This document shows positions 25,991 through 29,169 of a DNA stretch of 29,169 bases, piece by piece; positions within the stretch are counted from its first letter, which is position 1, and each line of letters starts with the position of its first letter. Made by a program: the position numbers and the translations under genes. The DNA is from a virus (taxonomy: Duplodnaviria; Caudoviricetes): IMG/VR virus record IMGVR_UViG_3300020043_000889, positions 1-29,169 of that record. One strand, written 5' to 3'. The notes beneath the pieces are model-generated. The model searched no databases. It saw nothing but the letters and a program-made list of their open reading frames with translations, and was not told the DNA's origin.

Positions 25991-26051
25991 GGCGAAACTG
26001 GCGCAAGCCAGTCATTGTGGGATGGTCGCCCACGATCTGATGAGCCAGACC
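25991..26051 (+). ncRNA. Type II hammerhead ribozyme
   Basis: GGC-GAAA-CTGGC(GCAA)GCCAG-TC^-ATTGTGGG(ATGGTCG)CCCACGAT-CTGATGA-GCC. All core nucleotides and three stems are present, with a GUC cleavage triplet and a GGTC/GACC pseudoknot. Confidence 0.93.
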
Positions 26052-26072
26052 TGATTCAAGAGGAGGATCAAA

Positions 26073-26612
26073 ATGAAACTGATAGCAGCAAAAGAGTGGA
26101 ACAAAGTGTTTATGGAAAACAGCCAGAAGCACAGAATCAAAGTCATTGCAGAACTTCATTCACTTGGCGGTCAAGAACCATATTTTTCTATTACTGGCGA
26201 AGTTGATCGTCAAGCCAAAAATAATCGTTGGATGCCATTTTTGAGTGGTTGCATCCATCAAGAAATACTTGAACACTTCTCGAACCTTCAACCACTTGTT
26301 GCAGTTCATTTGTCTGATGAGCAAGGTGTGCCAATGCACGCTTACGCAAACGCTGCATATTGGGCTGGCTACACAAAATATCAGCAGCGTGATATTCCAA
26401 AGTTGGCAAAGCACCTGCGTGTAACAGAATGGTTTGCGAAAGACTTGATTGGCTGGCTGGAACACCACTACGGAACAGACTTTGATGAACTAACAACACC
26501 AGCAATGGCATGGGCTGGAACTTGCGCAGAAAACGATCTGTTAGAGCAATGGGAAAACCAAGCAAAGTTGGCAAAGTCAATGCTCAATGCTGTTGAGGAG
26601 GTTTCAGCATGA
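26073..26612 (+). CDS. Hypothetical early protein (179 aa)
   Basis: TCAAGAGGAGG RBS. YFSITGE...GCIH...HLSD...GVPMHA. Confidence 0.8.
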   Translation: MKLIAAKEWNKVFMENSQKHRIKVIAELHSLGGQEPYFSITGEVDRQAKNNRWMPFLSGCIHQEILEHFSNLQPLVAVHLSDEQGVPMHAYANAAYWAGYTKYQQRDIPKLAKHLRVTEWFAKDLIGWLEHHYGTDFDELTTPAMAWAGTCAENDLLEQWENQAKLAKSMLNAVEEVSA

Positions 26613-26827
26613 ATAATTACACTTTGCAGGTGCGCACTCACATCAAATATGGTCAGCGTTACAGCGACACAGTGCGATATGAAGCAAATGATTTAGCACA
26701 GGCACACAGCAAAGGAAGGAAGTTTGCCACCAGTGCATATGGTTACAACAACATCACACACATAGAACTGCGCACACTGGATGTGTGTTGGGAAACAAAT
26801 AACAACAATCAGGAGGGAATCAAATGA
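26609..26827 (+). CDS. Hypothetical protein (72 aa)
   Basis: GAGGAGG RBS and ATGA overlap. Confidence 0.7.
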   Translation: MNNYTLQVRTHIKYGQRYSDTVRYEANDLAQAHSKGRKFATSAYGYNNITHIELRTLDVCWETNNNNQEGIK

Positions 26828-27093
26828 AAGAACCAAAGCGCACACTGGATCACATTGAACTGATCCAATCAGACCTAGCACCAATGTTTGAAGTCAAACT
26901 GCTGGTGGTCATGGAAGGCTATGTGAGCCGTGAGGAAGGAGATCTGACAGCAGCAGAATGGTTATATAACCTTCTGCAAATGGCATCAGATGGACAGGAC
27001 ATTTCACATGGTGCAAGAGAGTTCATGCGTTCAATGATCTCTACTGGAGAGACACAGGTTCACTTGTGCAAGATTGAGCAGGTGCAGGCATGA
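26824..27093 (+). CDS. Hypothetical protein (89 aa)
   Basis: AGGAGG RBS and ATGA overlap. Confidence 0.7.
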   Translation: MKEPKRTLDHIELIQSDLAPMFEVKLLVVMEGYVSREEGDLTAAEWLYNLLQMASDGQDISHGAREFMRSMISTGETQVHLCKIEQVQA

Positions 27094-27263
27094 CCGATAT
27101 ACCTGACATTCAAGTTGCGCTAATTGTTTTCTGTTCAGCAGGTCTGTGGTTCTGTGGGTTCGCTCATGGCAAATGGTATGGAATCCAGAAAGCAGAGAAA
27201 CGATTTGCAACACAAAGAAAAGCATTAGCAGCAGCCAGAAAGCGTGAGAATCCACACCACTAG
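27090..27263 (+). CDS. Small single-TM protein with basic tail (57 aa)
   Basis: ATGA overlap. MTDIPDIQVALIVFCSAGLWFCGFAHG...RKRENPHH. Confidence 0.7.
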   Translation: MTDIPDIQVALIVFCSAGLWFCGFAHGKWYGIQKAEKRFATQRKALAAARKRENPHH

Positions 27264-27277
27264 GTATGCTGTAATTC

Positions 27278-27352
27278 TCCTGCGGTAAGCCACGCATCCA
27301 GTCTTTCCCCCCTCTTGAGGCTGGATCGCCCATCTGCAATGATGGCGCAGGA
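27278..27352 (+). ncRNA. Candidate small RNA with anti-RBS stem-loop 2 (three-way junction)
   Basis: TATGCT -10-like box at 27265. Closing stem TCCTGCG/CGCAGGA. 10-bp stem ATCCAGTCTT/GAGGCTGGAT with 11-nt loop TCCCCCCTCTT. Second hairpin CCATC/GATGG. Confidence 0.65.
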
Positions 27353-27382
27353 ACTAGAAAGCAAGCGAGAACGGAGAAGCCA

Positions 27383-27517
27383 ATGACTATCAATGACCTG
27401 TTGAACGCCATTTACTTTCTGCGAAAGATCAGCGTTGGACAAATGGAGGTGGACAGGTTAGTTGAAACTGTGGAAGCCTTAGAGAACGAAGTTGAACGCA
27501 GAAGGAGAAAAAAATGA
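27383..27517 (+). CDS. Small hypothetical protein (44 aa)
   Basis: GGAG RBS. MTINDLLNAIYFLRK...ERRRRKK. Confidence 0.7.
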   Translation: MTINDLLNAIYFLRKISVGQMEVDRLVETVEALENEVERRRRKK

Positions 27518-27729
27518 GTGAGGACATGAGAGCCGAACTGCAACATTGGCAGGCACGCACAGATGAGATGCAGGTTGCGTTAGAGCGTGTGCGTGAGGAT
27601 AGAGATGAAGCACGCAACAAGGCACTGCTATTGGAAACAACTAATCAGATGTTGATGGATGAAGTGAAGCAGTTGCGTTCAATGATTGAACGAATCCAAG
27701 TAGCAATGTCACAAGGTCAAGAACTCTAG
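27514..27729 (+). CDS. Coiled-coil hypothetical protein (71 aa)
   Basis: AAGGAG RBS, ATGA overlap and heptad pattern. Confidence 0.75.
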   Translation: MSEDMRAELQHWQARTDEMQVALERVREDRDEARNKALLLETTNQMLMDEVKQLRSMIERIQVAMSQGQEL

Positions 27730-27896
27730 TGATTCAACTGTTGTGCCATAAGTGCAATGTGCTTGTGATCCGTGACCGAATCTATGTAAGCGGATGTGGT
27801 TGCGATCCTGATGCGCCGACATGGTGCGCAATACAACCAGATGGAAAACTGATCACCATGAGCCACGCCGAATACACCATTAAGGAAACAGCATGA
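27729..27896 (+). CDS. Small Cys-rich protein (55 aa)
   Basis: TAGTG coupling. LCHKC...GCGCDPDAPTWC. ATGA overlap with the next gene. Confidence 0.65.
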   Translation: MIQLLCHKCNVLVIRDRIYVSGCGCDPDAPTWCAIQPDGKLITMSHAEYTIKETA

Positions 27897-28438
27897 TCCG
27901 AAAAGAACTAGAACACCTTGCCATCAACATTGATGAGATACACACACACCCATCCAATGTGCGTCAAGGAGATGTGGGTGCAATCAGCGAATCACTAAAG
28001 GCTCACGGACAATACAGAGCGATTGTGTTCCAGAAATCAACAGGCAGAATCCTTGCAGGCAATCACACATGGAAAGCAGCGAAGGCTTTAGGTTGGACAC
28101 AGATAGCAGCAACACCAGTCATATGTGATGACCAGCAAGCCCTGCGCATACTGCTGGCAGATAACAAAGCCAATGATCTCGCAACCTATGACGAACCAGA
28201 ACTGATTGAACTGCTGAAGCAACTGGCAAACACAGACGAAGGACTACTAGGAACACTCTTTGATGGTGACGAACTGGATCATTTGATCTCTGATGATCAG
28301 CAAGATCAAACAGGAGATCAACTTTCATTTTCAGAAAAGTATGAAGTTGTTATTGAATGTAAAAACGAAAACGAACAAGCAGAACTTTTGGAAAGACTTC
28401 ACAACGAAGGTCTAACAGTTAGAGCATTAACCATATGA
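27893..28438 (+). CDS. ParB/Sulfiredoxin N-terminal domain protein
   Basis: HPSNVRQGD, GQYRAIV, ILAGNHTWKAA, LADNK. Confidence 0.88.
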   Translation: MIRKELEHLAINIDEIHTHPSNVRQGDVGAISESLKAHGQYRAIVFQKSTGRILAGNHTWKAAKALGWTQIAATPVICDDQQALRILLADNKANDLATYDEPELIELLKQLANTDEGLLGTLFDGDELDHLISDDQQDQTGDQLSFSEKYEVVIECKNENEQAELLERLHNEGLTVRALTI

Positions 28439-29091
28439 GTATCACACTTAAATCAAACATTGTTGAAACACCAAGAGTTATGCAGATAAGAGGAATGTTT
28501 GATATAGAAACACAAAAAACAGAAACAACAACAATAAACGACAATATCCCAGACTTAACAGAAAAAGAATGGAACATTGGTTTAATAGTTGGTGCATCTG
28601 GAACAGGCAAATCAACCATTGCCAAAAAACATTTCAACCAACTGCTAGACCCAGAAGTTCAATGGCAAAACAATGCGCTTATAGATAACTTCCCAAAACA
28701 AAACACACTCAAAGAAATAGTTGCAACGCTCACATCAGTGGGACTGTCAAGCCCACCAACATGGCTGCGACCATACGAAACACTTTCAACAGGAGAAAAG
28801 TTCCGTGCAAACACAGCCAGACTTCTACTAGAACACCCAGAACTGGTAGCAATAGATGAGTTCACATCAGTAGTGGACAGAACAGTTGCACAAATAGCAT
28901 CAACATCAATCAGCAAGACAGTACGAAAAAGAAAACAAAAATTAGTTGCAGTGTCATGTCACTACGACATAATTGAATGGCTACAACCAGATTGGATTTA
29001 CGAACCACAAAGTGGTCAATTCACATGGAGGTCACTTCAACCCAGACCAATCATACAAGCCAACATCATCAAAGTTGATAAAGCAGCGTGA
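28435..29091 (+). CDS. ABC-type ATPase domain protein, probably 3'-truncated
   Basis: Walker A GASGTGKST, signature-like LSTGEK, Walker B AIDEF, H-loop SCH. No TM partner gene. Confidence 0.88.
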   Translation: MSITLKSNIVETPRVMQIRGMFDIETQKTETTTINDNIPDLTEKEWNIGLIVGASGTGKSTIAKKHFNQLLDPEVQWQNNALIDNFPKQNTLKEIVATLTSVGLSSPPTWLRPYETLSTGEKFRANTARLLLEHPELVAIDEFTSVVDRTVAQIASTSISKTVRKRKQKLVAVSCHYDIIEWLQPDWIYEPQSGQFTWRSLQPRPIIQANIIKVDKAA

Positions 29092-29169
29092 CAACTATTT
29101 CTTTGAGTGTGTTTAGTTCTGGGAAGTTATCTATAAGCGCATTGTTTTGCCATTGAACTTCTTGGTCTA
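29085..29169 (-). repeat. 85-nt inverted copy of 28646-28730 at the window end
   Basis: The reverse complement aligns without gaps with 5 mismatches. Confidence 0.92.

Noticed and set aside
27278-27352. tRNA-like appearance (75 nt with a 7-bp closing stem)
   Set aside because: No T-loop GTTC motif, D arm or 7-nt anticodon loop.
152-28916. Minus-strand ORFs in the track (e.g. 12325-13035, 11404-11850, 15894-16313)
   Set aside because: They are antisense shadows of well-supported + strand genes, with no recognisable motifs.
29089-29091. TGA-to-Trp recoding
   Set aside because: TGA is the evident stop of many genes here (ATGA overlaps), and this codon lies at the suspect junction.
28646-29169. 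Diversity-generating retroelement TR/VR pair
   Set aside because: The copy is inverted, mismatches are not confined to adenines, and no reverse transcriptase is present.
1-29169. Prophage, integrase or att site
   Set aside because: No integrase, divergent repressor switch or host genes in the window. Lifestyle cannot be settled because the genome is incomplete.

Overview
This window is most of the genome of a small tailed dsDNA phage with an HK97-type head and a long non-contractile tail. Every credible gene is on the + strand. The order is terminase, portal, head, tail, surface protein and lysis, metallophosphoesterase (to about 19.9 kb), then recombination, regulatory and early genes (YqaJ exonuclease, Rad52-like annealase, WhiB, HTH, PD-(D/E)xK nucleases, lytic transglycosylase), ending in ParB-like and ABC-ATPase genes. 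WhiB points to an actinobacterial host (inference). I see no integrase, DNA polymerase, primase, helicase, replication initiator, tRNA or CRISPR array. The most interesting signals are non-coding. (1) Two stem-loops have 11-nt pyrimidine loops complementary to the phage's own repeated extended ribosome-binding sites, suggesting a trans-acting translational shut-off system. (2) A structured intergenic region resembles a ColE1-type RNA-primed origin with a primosome-assembly-site-like sequence. (3) A complete type II hammerhead ribozyme lies between two early genes. (4) A promoter/leader cassette is duplicated. The last 85 nt are an inverted copy of upstream sequence and are probably an artefact. 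All calls were made by eye, with no database searches or folding software.
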